This document shows positions 1 through 9,615 of a DNA stretch of 64,000 nucleotides, piece by piece. Below the pieces are notes generated by a model. That model was not told the DNA's origin, did no database searches, and was given only the letters and a program-made list of their open reading frames with translations. Within the stretch, counting starts at the first letter, position 1. Every line of letters starts with the position of its first letter. The translations under genes and the position numbers were made by a program. Location: contig CAVWGN010000001.1 in the NCBI GenBank assembly GCA_963754655.1, forward strand, positions 2,528,001-2,592,000. The letters run 5' to 3'. Source of the DNA: an uncultured Chlamydiae bacterium. GTDB lineage: Bacteria; Chlamydiota; Chlamydiia; Chlamydiales; Parachlamydiaceae.

Positions 1-25
1 GATTAGAAGGAATAGATGGGAACAT
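1..25 (-). CDS. Possible 5' end of a gene running off the window start (MFPSIPSN...)
   Basis: Minus strand reads AAGAGG-ccttg-ATG TTC CCA TCT ATT CCT TCT AAT, with an AT-rich upstream region at 60-140. Only 8 codons are visible. Confidence 0.35.
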
Positions 26-369
26 CAAGGCCTCTTATTGTTTAGTGACGAAGTTGTAAATTTAATTAAAAAAAACAATTTTTAAATTACATTTTTTGAA
101 AGTTTAATTAATTATTAAATTAATTTCAATTTTAATTTATAATATTTTCCAGTCAATACGCAGTTACGCAATGTAATCGATTTAAAGAAATTCAATGATG
201 CTCTAAGCAGCGTTAACTGCCTACACATCAAGCTTAAGCTAAGAGAGGAAACCAGGCGGAGATATTATCAAAAGTTGTTGATTTTTAGAATAAGGAAAGC
301 ATAACCTCAATACATTTTCGACAATTAATCAAAAATTTCAAAAAGAGGCAACGCCATAAAAGAGAGTGT

Positions 370-532
370 CATAAGACCAGCGTGTTTTGTCCTAATAGGA
401 TATGAATTAAGAATGCTTGCAAGTGAATATGCCACAATTTCTCTTGTAGTCTTTCAGACTACGATAGGAGTGTGTCTTTTTCCCAGGCCGCTGGCTTGGG
501 CTATTTCACTTTAGAGCCCTTCAGGCTCAAAA
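370..532 (-). pseudogene. Degenerate 5' remnant of the IS200-type tnpA with its upstream REP-like hairpins
   Basis: Reverse complement matches about 14008-14170 (GAGCCTGAAGGGCTC...GTAGTCTGAAAGACTACAAGAGAAATT-GTG GCA...CACTTGCAAGCATTCTTA) with substitutions and indels. Confidence 0.85.
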
Positions 533-554
533 CGCCTTGATTAGCCAGCCCAGA

Positions 555-702
555 GCCGGGACTTAACAAAGAACTTTTTTGGGCTTGATATTCTTCATGT
601 CAATTTAACAACACCCCGCCTGTAACAGGCTTTAAAGGCATACTTCCCGAAAATGACGGGAAAAACATCAAAGCCCAAAACAGTTCTTTGTTAAGTCCCG
701 GC
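555..702. mobile_element. MITE-like element copy 1 (148 bp, about 35 bp terminal inverted repeats GCCGGGACTTAACAAAGAAC...)
   Basis: Starts GCCGGGACTTAACAAAGAAC and ends GTTCTTTGTTAAGTCCCGGC; no ORF; a second, inverted copy lies at 1069-1217. Confidence 0.8.
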
Positions 703-758
703 CATAGGCTAGGAAGGAAATGCTTCTGGCAAACTCCAGAAGCTAAATTTGTCGCTCA

Positions 759-992
759 AGCGGCGTTAGCCGCGCATGGATAGTAGCCGTGGGTGTAGGC
801 GCAAGCCGGAACCCACGGTGTATGGTAAAAAAAATGAAGCCACGTTAGTGGCGTAGGAAATTGATGGTGGAGCAATGTTTATTTAAACGAATGCTACGCC
901 ACTAACGTGGCTCAAATTTGTTTTTTGGGTAACCGTGGGTTTCGGCTTGCGCCTACACCCACGGCTACTATCCATGCGCGGCTAACGCCGCT
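759..992. repeat. REPIN-like palindrome with GTAG-type REPs
   Basis: 61 bp arms at 759-819 and 932-992 (1 mismatch), each with GTAG-CCGTGGGT...ACCCACGG; inner inverted pair AGCCACGTTAGTGGCGTAG (838-856) / CTACGCCACTAACGTGGCT (894-912). Confidence 0.9.
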
Positions 993-1068
993 CGTCGCTG
1001 AGGGAAAGGATATGGATCAAGCAACATTGCAAAAACAAAGATAAAAAATTCCGATTACCTAGCCATAT

Positions 1069-1217
1069 GCCGGGACTTAACAAAGAACTGTTTTGGGCTT
1101 GATAATTTTTCGCGTCATTTTCGATAAATATGCCTCTAAATGCTGTTATAGGCGGGGCGTTGTTAAATTGATACGAAGAATATCAAGCCCAAAAACAGTT
1201 CTTTGTTAAGTCCCGGC
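1069..1217. mobile_element. MITE-like element copy 2, inverted relative to copy 1
   Basis: Same TIRs as 555-702; the internal spacer is a diverged reverse complement of copy 1. Confidence 0.8.
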
Positions 1218-1310
1218 CCAGAGCGAAGCGGCGTGGCGAATGAAGGCGTCGCTTAACCTAGCGCTCGCTCTTAGCTTGATCCGTATATCCTCCGAGATTA
1301 GGCTCAAAAC

Positions 1311-2936
1311 CTAATGTAACGAAGTATTAGATCTTATATACCTATCAAGAAGTGCCACAAGTTTTTTATCATCAAAATGATTCATGATCTGAGCAATATA
1401 GAGATCGGGTCTAATCAAACACATTCCATGCTTTTCCGCACAACCATACAATTTAGAAATAGAAAAATCACTGTCTAAAATGAGAGGGCAAAGGTTTGGA
1501 TGAATCTCTTTAGGACTAATCAAGAAACAAGCGATTGTGTTCGAATAATTTTGCTGAACCTTTTCTATGAGCATCTTTAACTGACTGATATCCTCTTCTT
1601 GAATATATGATCCTGTAAATAATAAAAGATTGTGATAAGGATGGCGAAAATAATCATAAAGGCGTTGAGAGGAATTGGCAATAGACAGATCGGGAGCTCT
1701 TTCTCCTGGCTGAGGAGCCTCTTTTTTAACGTTCGTTTGATAATCAATAATGGGACTTTGCTTATAACGGATAGCAAGTTGAGTGATCACACTACTCAAT
1801 TTACTTTTTAAAAATTGACTACGTCCAATCACATTGTGGATTAAACTATCTCGAATGTTAAGCAATATAGAGTTTGAAACTGAACCCATCTTTGTTAATC
1901 TTTCTGTCACACGGATAATGCTCTTAATGATTGGGTAGCGCTCATCTTGGTAACTTTTTAATAATAAAAAAGGATAAGCTTGGCCTTTGATCACCAAAGC
2001 TAATTTCCAAGCCAGATTATAAGCATCTTGTATTCCTGTATTCATTCCTTGTCCTCCAGCTGGAGAATGGACATGAGCAGCATCGCCTGCAATAAAAACA
2101 TTTCCTTGAGACATACGACTTGCAATTTTACTATGGATCCAAAATGGAGAGAGCCATACAATCGTTTTTACCTTGAAAAATCCTTTAGATCGATTATGAA
2201 CAAGTTCTTGCATCTCTTCTGCAGTGGGTTTTATTTCAATTTCTTGCCTTCCCATATTCGCAATGACACGATAAAGATGATTTCCCAAGGGAAAACAAGC
2301 CAACACCTTCCCATTCCCCAAAAATCCATCTCCTTTATCTTGAGATAAGGGACTCTCTAGTATCATATCAGCTACTAAATATTCTTCTGGCAGATCTTCT
2401 CCTGAAAAAGGAATATGGCATTTATCGCGTACTACACTACGAAATCCATCACATCCCACTAGCCAATCACTCTCAATGAATTCTATTTCCCCATTTTCGT
2501 GCTTGACAGTTGAAATCATCTTTCGACTTTCCTGTCTCACATCAACTAATTCTAGCTGCCTTTCTACAGGACCATGAAGCTCTTCTAAACGTTCATTTAA
2601 TAATTTTTCGGTTTGGCTTTGAGGAATGAATAAAGAACAGTTAAAACGAGAATCAGGCTGATACAAAGCAATATCGGTTAATGTTTGTCCCTCACGGCCA
2701 TGAATACGAAATCCCCTGCAGTGCAAACCCAAAGGCAAGAAACGATCCACAATGCCAAGATGATCAAATATTTCTAGAGTACGTGTATGAATGACGGCAG
2801 CATTGGTCAATTGTGTAGGCTCGGGCTTCTTTTCTATAATTCTAAAAGAAATCCCATAACGAGCTAACTCACAAGCCATCATGAGGCCTGTTGGGCCGGC
2901 TCCTACAATCAATACTGAAATAAATGAATTCATCAA
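1311..2936 (-). CDS. FAD-dependent monooxygenase (PheA/TfdB-like aromatic hydroxylase family)
   Basis: GAGPTG FAD motif, DG motif (VGCDG), GDAAHVHSPAGGQGMNTGIQDA and a C-terminal thioredoxin-like region with LIRPD. Confidence 0.9.
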   Translation of the reverse strand: MMNSFISVLIVGAGPTGLMMACELARYGISFRIIEKKPEPTQLTNAAVIHTRTLEIFDHLGIVDRFLPLGLHCRGFRIHGREGQTLTDIALYQPDSRFNCSLFIPQSQTEKLLNERLEELHGPVERQLELVDVRQESRKMISTVKHENGEIEFIESDWLVGCDGFRSVVRDKCHIPFSGEDLPEEYLVADMILESPLSQDKGDGFLGNGKVLACFPLGNHLYRVIANMGRQEIEIKPTAEEMQELVHNRSKGFFKVKTIVWLSPFWIHSKIASRMSQGNVFIAGDAAHVHSPAGGQGMNTGIQDAYNLAWKLALVIKGQAYPFLLLKSYQDERYPIIKSIIRVTERLTKMGSVSNSILLNIRDSLIHNVIGRSQFLKSKLSSVITQLAIRYKQSPIIDYQTNVKKEAPQPGERAPDLSIANSSQRLYDYFRHPYHNLLLFTGSYIQEEDISQLKMLIEKVQQNYSNTIACFLISPKEIHPNLCPLILDSDFSISKLYGCAEKHGMCLIRPDLYIAQIMNHFDDKKLVALLDRYIRSNTSLH

Positions 2937-2969
2937 TTTTGCCTTAAAATAAGAAAATGATCCTTTAAA

Positions 2970-3617
2970 CTAAGGTGTGTCTTTGTAGGCATCATCTCCT
3001 TTTTTATTTTGTCTCTTTTTCATTTTAATCAAATAAACAAGATAAATGAGTCCAATCAATATGACGACCGTTAAAATACTCTCCATGTCAATCTCAATAT
3101 TTTCGAAAATGGAAAACCAATAATTCCCAAAGAAGTATCCTATGGAAAGAAACGTCGTCACCCAAATTAACGCTCCACTATAAGCAAATAAAGCAAAGTC
3201 TTTAAAATCAAGAGAACTCATGCCCGCGGTAAATCCAGTAAAATGTCGAATACCAGGAATGAAATAACCCAAAAATAGTGTCCATTTACCAAACCGCTCA
3301 AACCACGCATGCGCTTTATCAAGATGCTCTTGTTTAATTCCTATCCATTTCCCATAACGAATGATTAAAAAATGACCTGCCGTACGACCTAATAAATAGC
3401 TTGCGGTAATTCCACATAAACTTCCTAATACTGCTGCAATAATAGTTTGTGGAATTTGAAGCTTACCGTGATGCATTAAGATCCCAGCAATAACCATAAG
3501 AGTCTCTTCTGGAACCGGCAAGGCTATAATGCCAATAGTCAATAACAAAAATAAGGCGAAACTTCCATAATGAATCAACCACACTTGCAAAGCGCTATTA
3601 TTTGCTAATGCATCCAT
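2970..3617 (-). CDS. DedA/SNARE-associated membrane protein
   Basis: LPVPEE motif, G..ASYLLGR, WFERFG...FIPGIR and hydrophobic helices. Confidence 0.9.
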   Translation of the reverse strand: MDALANNSALQVWLIHYGSFALFLLLTIGIIALPVPEETLMVIAGILMHHGKLQIPQTIIAAVLGSLCGITASYLLGRTAGHFLIIRYGKWIGIKQEHLDKAHAWFERFGKWTLFLGYFIPGIRHFTGFTAGMSSLDFKDFALFAYSGALIWVTTFLSIGYFFGNYWFSIFENIEIDMESILTVVILIGLIYLVYLIKMKKRQNKKGDDAYKDTP

Positions 3618-3702
3618 TCAAAAAACCCGATCTGATGATGATTTAAAAAGTTATTACAAGCCTGCTTTCGCCATTCTGTTACCTTTGTGAGCCAAGACAA
3701 TT

Positions 3703-4728
3703 TTATTTGCAAGATTTAATACTCAAGGCTGGATCTTTCTGAAGCAGATAATCGACAACGGAAGGACTAACCTCTTTCAAATGCTTAGCTCCCCATCTTG
3801 TCTTGAAATCAGCAATCATTGTATTTAAAAGAGGATAATAGAGGTTATGAAGGGCTATTTTTTCTTTTTCTTTTTGTTGAAAAATGCTAACCCATTCCTC
3901 AAAAGTATTGAGATCGTACTCTTTTTGCCGCATCATCCATTTAGTTAAAGCCATGATTCTATCATCATTAGGGCTGTTTTTAATTAAAATAGTCATTGCA
4001 GATACAAGAAGAGGATGATTAGAGGGAAGAATCGATGCGTTTTGTGTTTGATTCCAATTTTTTTCCTGATAAGTCTTGATTAATAACTCTAAAGCATAAG
4101 GACTAAAAGGAACTTGCTGCTGAAGTTTATCTATAAAAACTTGCAAACAGCTTTTTAATAAACTCGTGTTAAAAGTTTTTTCTTTTCTTAACCATTCCCC
4201 CAGCTGCTCGCTTGTCTCTTTATTGCATTCTTTAAAAACATCAATTATCACGCGGGCACATATCGGGTGATTGAGATCCACTTCACTCAATTCAGTTAAA
4301 TAAAGCATTAAATCGACAACTGAAAAAATATCCTGTCTGATCTGACCCTGCGACTCAATAAACTTAATATCATTAAAAATAATCATTTTTTTGACTTTAC
4401 CACATTGCTCTGGTTTATCCTTGTAAACCCCTAATATTTTCACTTTGCTATCGGGAATACCATGAAATAATGAGTTTGTATTTTTCTGTTCTCCCTCCTT
4501 CTTCTCTGCTTTTTTCTTTTTAAACGGAACATTTCCAGGAAGAGCTTTTTTTTCTGGTTCTACTTTTTCCGCTTTAAATTGATAACAACAAAAATAATAA
4601 AGAGCTGTAAACCCTAAAATGGCAAGGGCGATGATGACCACTCTTTGATTAATGGCACTCTTGACTACTTGGGTTTGCATCAATTTAATAGGAGAGTCAA
4701 CGGACGAAAAATTACAACAAATATTCAT
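3703..4728 (-). CDS. Hypothetical protein with an N-terminal TM anchor (candidate effector)
   Basis: 341 aa ORF with GGAG upstream; TM segment VVIIALAILGFTALYYFCC..FKA resembles the LRR gene N-termini. Confidence 0.7.
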   Translation of the reverse strand: MNICCNFSSVDSPIKLMQTQVVKSAINQRVVIIALAILGFTALYYFCCYQFKAEKVEPEKKALPGNVPFKKKKAEKKEGEQKNTNSLFHGIPDSKVKILGVYKDKPEQCGKVKKMIIFNDIKFIESQGQIRQDIFSVVDLMLYLTELSEVDLNHPICARVIIDVFKECNKETSEQLGEWLRKEKTFNTSLLKSCLQVFIDKLQQQVPFSPYALELLIKTYQEKNWNQTQNASILPSNHPLLVSAMTILIKNSPNDDRIMALTKWMMRQKEYDLNTFEEWVSIFQQKEKEKIALHNLYYPLLNTMIADFKTRWGAKHLKEVSPSVVDYLLQKDPALSIKSCK

Positions 4729-5007
4729 AAATTAGCTCCAAAAATTAAATAATATTTAATTAAAATTACATTTCTTAATCCAATCAATTAAATTTCATAA
4801 TAAAAACATTGATTTTTATAGCATTATACAAATTTTATCTATTGTTAGCTATCATTCATTTAAATCTATCTCTATATCTCACTTTACCAAGGGTTGCTCC
4901 CATTAGCTGCTGTTTAGAAGCCCAAAAGACTTTGAAGTAAAATTCTAATTGGCAAAGGAGAGCCTCTTTGATACATTAAAATTTTATCTACTAGTAGACA
5001 TGACGTT

Positions 5008-6159
5008 ATGATTGTTTTAGCCCTTAAAATGCTCATCGGAAATAGGGCCTCCTTTATTGGAGTCATTTTTGGTATTTTCTTAGCAACTTTACTTATTTCA
5101 CAGCAATCGGCCATATTTTTAGGCTTAATTTCAAGAGCTTATCGTACCTTGACCGACATTCCTTCGCCCAATATTTGGGTCATGGACCCCGCTACTGAAA
5201 GTGATGACCGCGTACGAGAAATACCCGAAGATGATCTCTACGTTGTACGCAGTATTCCTCAAGTGGAATGGGCGGTTCCAATCAATGTGATGCATATTCC
5301 TTTAGTAACACAAGCGGGCATTTTTCAAATTTCCCAGCTTTATGGAATTGATACTGCCACTTTAATCGGAGCTCCTCAGCATATGTTAGAAGGAAAAATT
5401 CAAGATTTGCGTCGTGAAGGAGGAATCATCGTCGATATCTATTCTGCCAAAGGAGCTTTAGCCACTCCCCTACCAGACGGCACAAAAAAACCCCTTCAAA
5501 TTGGCGATGAACTTGAAATTAATAATCATCGCGCTGTCGTTGTTGGCATTTGCAAAATTACTCAAGGGTTTTACCCCCAACCCATTATTTTTACGAGCCT
5601 GAATGACTTTCACCGCTTTACCTCTTTTGCAAGTCACAACTTAAGCTTTATTGCAGCCAAAACCGTTCCTGGAGCGAATATTCAAGAAGTGTGCAACCGC
5701 ATCAAGGCCTTCCCCAATTTGAACGCATTAACTGACGAGCAGTTTAAATGGAGAATCATTAAAACTTTTTTGGCAACGGGAATTCTCATTAATTTTGGTC
5801 TCTCTGTTGCTTTGGGATTTATTGTAGGTTTTTCTATTGCCGGACAAATTTTTTATATCATGACACTTGAGAACTTAATGTACTATGCCTTAATTAAAGC
5901 AATAGGAGGAACGCAAAAGATGATTTTGCAAATGATTTTAATCCAAGCACTTGTTGTAGGCATCATCGGTTTTTTCTTAGGAATTGGCGCTACACTTCTT
6001 TGGGGCTTGGCAATTCAACATACAACTTTAGCTTTTCTTTTTCCTTGGCAGCTTCTGGTCTTTACAGGAATGATTGTGTTGGTCATTTGTATTTTGACTG
6101 CGGGTTTAAGCATTCGAAAAGTTTTTCGAGCTGATCCTAAATCACTCATGGGAACCTAA
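5008..6159 (+). CDS. ABC exporter permease (MacB/FtsX/DevC-like)
   Basis: N-terminal TM, large periplasmic domain, LIKAIGG motif and C-terminal TMs. Confidence 0.85.
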   Translation: MIVLALKMLIGNRASFIGVIFGIFLATLLISQQSAIFLGLISRAYRTLTDIPSPNIWVMDPATESDDRVREIPEDDLYVVRSIPQVEWAVPINVMHIPLVTQAGIFQISQLYGIDTATLIGAPQHMLEGKIQDLRREGGIIVDIYSAKGALATPLPDGTKKPLQIGDELEINNHRAVVVGICKITQGFYPQPIIFTSLNDFHRFTSFASHNLSFIAAKTVPGANIQEVCNRIKAFPNLNALTDEQFKWRIIKTFLATGILINFGLSVALGFIVGFSIAGQIFYIMTLENLMYYALIKAIGGTQKMILQMILIQALVVGIIGFFLGIGATLLWGLAIQHTTLAFLFPWQLLVFTGMIVLVICILTAGLSIRKVFRADPKSLMGT

Positions 6160-6164
6160 TTCGT

Positions 6165-6857
6165 ATGACGGAACTCGCCATTTGCTGCAGAGGCATTAAA
6201 AAACATTATGGAGAAGGCGATAATCGAGTGGAGGCTTTAAAAGAGATCGATTTGGATGTCGAGCAAGGGCAACTCACGCTTTTAGTCGGACCTTCTGGGT
6301 CTGGAAAAACGACCCTGTTATCCATCATTACGACTATTTTAACACCAGACGCTGGGGAGCTTTATTTATTGAATCAAAATATCTATGAAATGTCAGAAAT
6401 TGAAAGAGCTCAATTTTGCCGTGATCATTTGGGAATCGTTTTTCAATCGCTTTTTTTAATTCCGACTCTCACTGTAGCAGAAAATATTAGTCTGCCTTTG
6501 ATTATTGCTGGATTCAATCGACAGCTAGCATTAGATAAAGCAAGGGAACTACTGGAAAAGATGCATTTAATGCACCGCTTTCATTCACCCCCAAATACGC
6601 TATCCAAAGGGCAGCAGCAGCGCGTAGCCATTGCACGGGCAATCATTAACGACTCTAACATTCTCGTATGCGATGAGCCAACAAGTGCTTTAGATCAAGC
6701 GTCTGGACTAGAAATCATGACTCTTTTACGCGAAAAGGTTTTGCAATCTTCAAGAGCTGTATTGGTCGTGACACATGATCAGCGCACGTTTCCTTTTGCT
6801 GATCGCATCATCCAAATGAGTGACGGTCAAATCATACCAGGTGAAAAACATGAGTAG
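6165..6857 (+). CDS. ABC transporter ATP-binding protein (LolD/MacB-like)
   Basis: Walker A GPSGSGKT, signature LSKGQQQR, DEPT and VTHD. Confidence 0.92.
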   Translation: MTELAICCRGIKKHYGEGDNRVEALKEIDLDVEQGQLTLLVGPSGSGKTTLLSIITTILTPDAGELYLLNQNIYEMSEIERAQFCRDHLGIVFQSLFLIPTLTVAENISLPLIIAGFNRQLALDKARELLEKMHLMHRFHSPPNTLSKGQQQRVAIARAIINDSNILVCDEPTSALDQASGLEIMTLLREKVLQSSRAVLVVTHDQRTFPFADRIIQMSDGQIIPGEKHE

Positions 6858-7911
6858 AAACTACTTTTTTTGGATCGTTTTCATTACCTTGGCTTGCGTC
6901 TTTTTCACTTTTTATTCCATGTGGAAAACGATTAAGCCGTCTACTTCTGTACCAGCAGCCATTGCATCCTATCCTGTTGCTCCTTTTAAATCTTCTATTT
7001 CTGGTGTAGGGATTGTTGAAGCCAGCAGCGATAATATTTCCATTGGCACTCCTATCAACCGTATTGTGGAAAAAGTCTTTGTTCATGTTGGGCAAGAAGT
7101 CAAAAAAGGAGATAGTCTCTTTAAACTAGAAGATCAAGATCTTCTAGTTGATTTAGCCTCCCGTCAAATAGAATATGAGATTGCGAAAGCCAAATTACAA
7201 AAAATGGAGGATTTGCCGCAGCGCGAAGATTTGATCAAGGCCGAAGCGGGTCTTAAAATTGTTCAAGTAGAGCTGGATCAAGCCCAAAACCAATATGACA
7301 TAGTACAAGGTTTACAAGACTCTCGGGCATTGAGCCAGCAAGAAATCAATCGCCGTCGATTCAATTATGAACAAGTCCAAGCCCGATGGCAGGAAGCACA
7401 AGCCAATTTGAATAAAATCAAATCAGGCGCATGGAAACCCGATCTTGCGATCGCCTCTCTTGAGGTTCAACAAGCAAAAACCAATGTTGACCGCATAAAA
7501 ACTGATATCCAACGCACGCTCATCCGCTCTCCTCTTAATGGCAAAGTTTTGCAGATTAAAATTCATGAAGGAGAATCTCCCACAGCAATTGGAGCGAATG
7601 GTCCGCTACTGATTGTGGGCAATACGGATGAAATTTACCTTAAAGTCAGTATTAACCAATTTGATACTCCCTATTTTCGCCCTGACGCTCCAGCTGTCGC
7701 TTATTTGAGAGGAAATGCGCGCGTAGAATTTCCCTTAGAATTTGTCCGATTAGTTCCTTATCTCGTCGACAAAGAAAATTTAAACAATAACATTACAGAG
7801 AAAGTAGATACACGTGTTTTGCAAGTCATCTATCTTATCAAGAACCAAGATCATCATATCTTTGTTGGGCAACAGATGGATGTTTTTATTGAAGCTGAAT
7901 TTCCCTCATGA
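6850..7911 (+). CDS. Membrane fusion protein (HlyD family) of the exporter
   Basis: ATG at 6850 overlaps the upstream stop; N-terminal TM, lipoyl half motifs (V.VGQEVKKGD; IRSPLNGKV) and coiled coil. Confidence 0.88.
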   Translation: MSRNYFFWIVFITLACVFFTFYSMWKTIKPSTSVPAAIASYPVAPFKSSISGVGIVEASSDNISIGTPINRIVEKVFVHVGQEVKKGDSLFKLEDQDLLVDLASRQIEYEIAKAKLQKMEDLPQREDLIKAEAGLKIVQVELDQAQNQYDIVQGLQDSRALSQQEINRRRFNYEQVQARWQEAQANLNKIKSGAWKPDLAIASLEVQQAKTNVDRIKTDIQRTLIRSPLNGKVLQIKIHEGESPTAIGANGPLLIVGNTDEIYLKVSINQFDTPYFRPDAPAVAYLRGNARVEFPLEFVRLVPYLVDKENLNNNITEKVDTRVLQVIYLIKNQDHHIFVGQQMDVFIEAEFPS

Positions 7912-9362
7912 GAAGTCAAATGCATTGGACTTATTTTTGTCAAATCCTCTTACTCTTTCTTACAGGATGTACAGTGGTAGGTCCCACGTATAAGGGACCG
8001 CCGCAAATGGATATTCCAAACGAGTGGCAAACTCCTTCTTCTACAGGCATGTCTACCGCTGACCCTAGCTCTATTCTTTGGTGGGAGGCTTTGAATGATC
8101 CGATTTTGAATTCTCTCATGCGAAGAGCCGCAGAGCAAAATTTGGACTTATTTATTGCTAGCACACGCCTATTAGAAGCGCGCCTACAGCGGAAAGGAAA
8201 AGAAGCAGAACTTTACCCTCACATTGATGGATCCATCACCACCGGGCATCTCTACTGGAGCAAAGATCTCCTTCGCAATGGCATTTTAGGGAAATGTGGG
8301 TCTCATCGTCCTCATTGCAAGCGCAATGTCAATTTCTTTGAAGTGGGATTTGATGCTGATTGGGAGATTGATCTCTTTGGATTTAATCAGCATGAGGTTA
8401 ATGCTGCACAAGCGAGGATTGAGGTTACAGAAGAAAGCTTATGTGATGTTTGGATTACACTTTCAGCTGAAATTGGACGCAATTATGTCGAATTGAGGGG
8501 ACTGCAGCAGCGTCGCATTCTTATTCTGAAAAATATTGAAACACTGCAAGACAGTGTGCATTTGACTCAACAGCTTCTGACAATTGGTATGGCAAGCAGC
8601 ATTGATTTGCTACAGATAGAACAGCAACTGAACCAGCTTTATGCTCAAAAGCCGCTACTCAATCTTGACATAGATAAAGCCATTCATCGCCTCTCTATTC
8701 TTTTAGGCGATCCACCAGGGGCACTTTTTGAAGAACTGTGTCCCACTCAAACTTTGCCCCAATTGCCTTGTGAAAAACCCATTGGCATTCCTTCTGAACT
8801 TTTAAGGCGGCGACCTGATATTCGCAAAGCCGAAAGACATTTGGCAGCTGCAACAGAATCCGTGGGCAGTGCAGTTGCTGCTCTTTACCCTCGTTTCTCT
8901 CTTTCTGGATTTGTAGGAGAAATTGGCACACAATTGCGGTCATTGACAAACAGCAGTGGTGTCACCTGGTTTGCAGCTCCACAGCTCCTTTTTCCCATTT
9001 TTAATAGTCGTTTGCTTACGCAAGATGTGGAATTGAATCAAATTCAAGCCCGCCAAGCGTTATTTGAGTATCAAAAGAGCGTCTTAGCTGCTTTGGAAGA
9101 AGTCGAAAATGCTTTGGCTTCCTATCGCTATGAATTAGAAAGAAATGAGCAATTAAACCAAGCAAAATTCATTACACGAGAAACCTATCAATTGACCTTG
9201 CAGCTCTATCAAAAAGGAATCAAAGATTATCTTGATGTCTTGACGGCAGACCGCGCTTTAATTGTTGCAGAAGAGACTTATTTGCAAAGTCAAGAGAATT
9301 TACTTGTGCATTATATCTCTCTATATAAAGCCTTAGGGGGAGGATGGGAGATTCCGCAATGA
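7908..9362 (+). CDS. Outer membrane efflux lipoprotein (NodT/OprM/TolC family)
   Basis: Lipobox LTGC, PSELLRRRPDIR and C-terminal LYKALGGGW. Confidence 0.92.
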   Translation: MRSQMHWTYFCQILLLFLTGCTVVGPTYKGPPQMDIPNEWQTPSSTGMSTADPSSILWWEALNDPILNSLMRRAAEQNLDLFIASTRLLEARLQRKGKEAELYPHIDGSITTGHLYWSKDLLRNGILGKCGSHRPHCKRNVNFFEVGFDADWEIDLFGFNQHEVNAAQARIEVTEESLCDVWITLSAEIGRNYVELRGLQQRRILILKNIETLQDSVHLTQQLLTIGMASSIDLLQIEQQLNQLYAQKPLLNLDIDKAIHRLSILLGDPPGALFEELCPTQTLPQLPCEKPIGIPSELLRRRPDIRKAERHLAAATESVGSAVAALYPRFSLSGFVGEIGTQLRSLTNSSGVTWFAAPQLLFPIFNSRLLTQDVELNQIQARQALFEYQKSVLAALEEVENALASYRYELERNEQLNQAKFITRETYQLTLQLYQKGIKDYLDVLTADRALIVAEETYLQSQENLLVHYISLYKALGGGWEIPQ

Positions 9363-9615
9363 AACATGACATTCATATCTTCCTGCAGTAAAAAGGGGGA
9401 GGGCGTGTACATATAGATAAACTTTGATCATTTTTTTATCCTTGTGTATGGATTGACCTCTACTGCCATAATTTAAGTAACATTTATCAAAATTTTAATT
9501 TCGCTGTCTTACGTCTGTAAATGAAGATAAGCTGATTCTCATTCATAGATAATGAGACAATGCCTTAAAAATGCTAACTATAAAATGATGTGTAAACGAT
9601 TCCTAAAAAGGTCTC

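Noticed and set aside
759..992. tRNA or other structured RNA gene
   Set aside because: No cloverleaf or T-loop motif; the symmetry is explained by a REP doublet.
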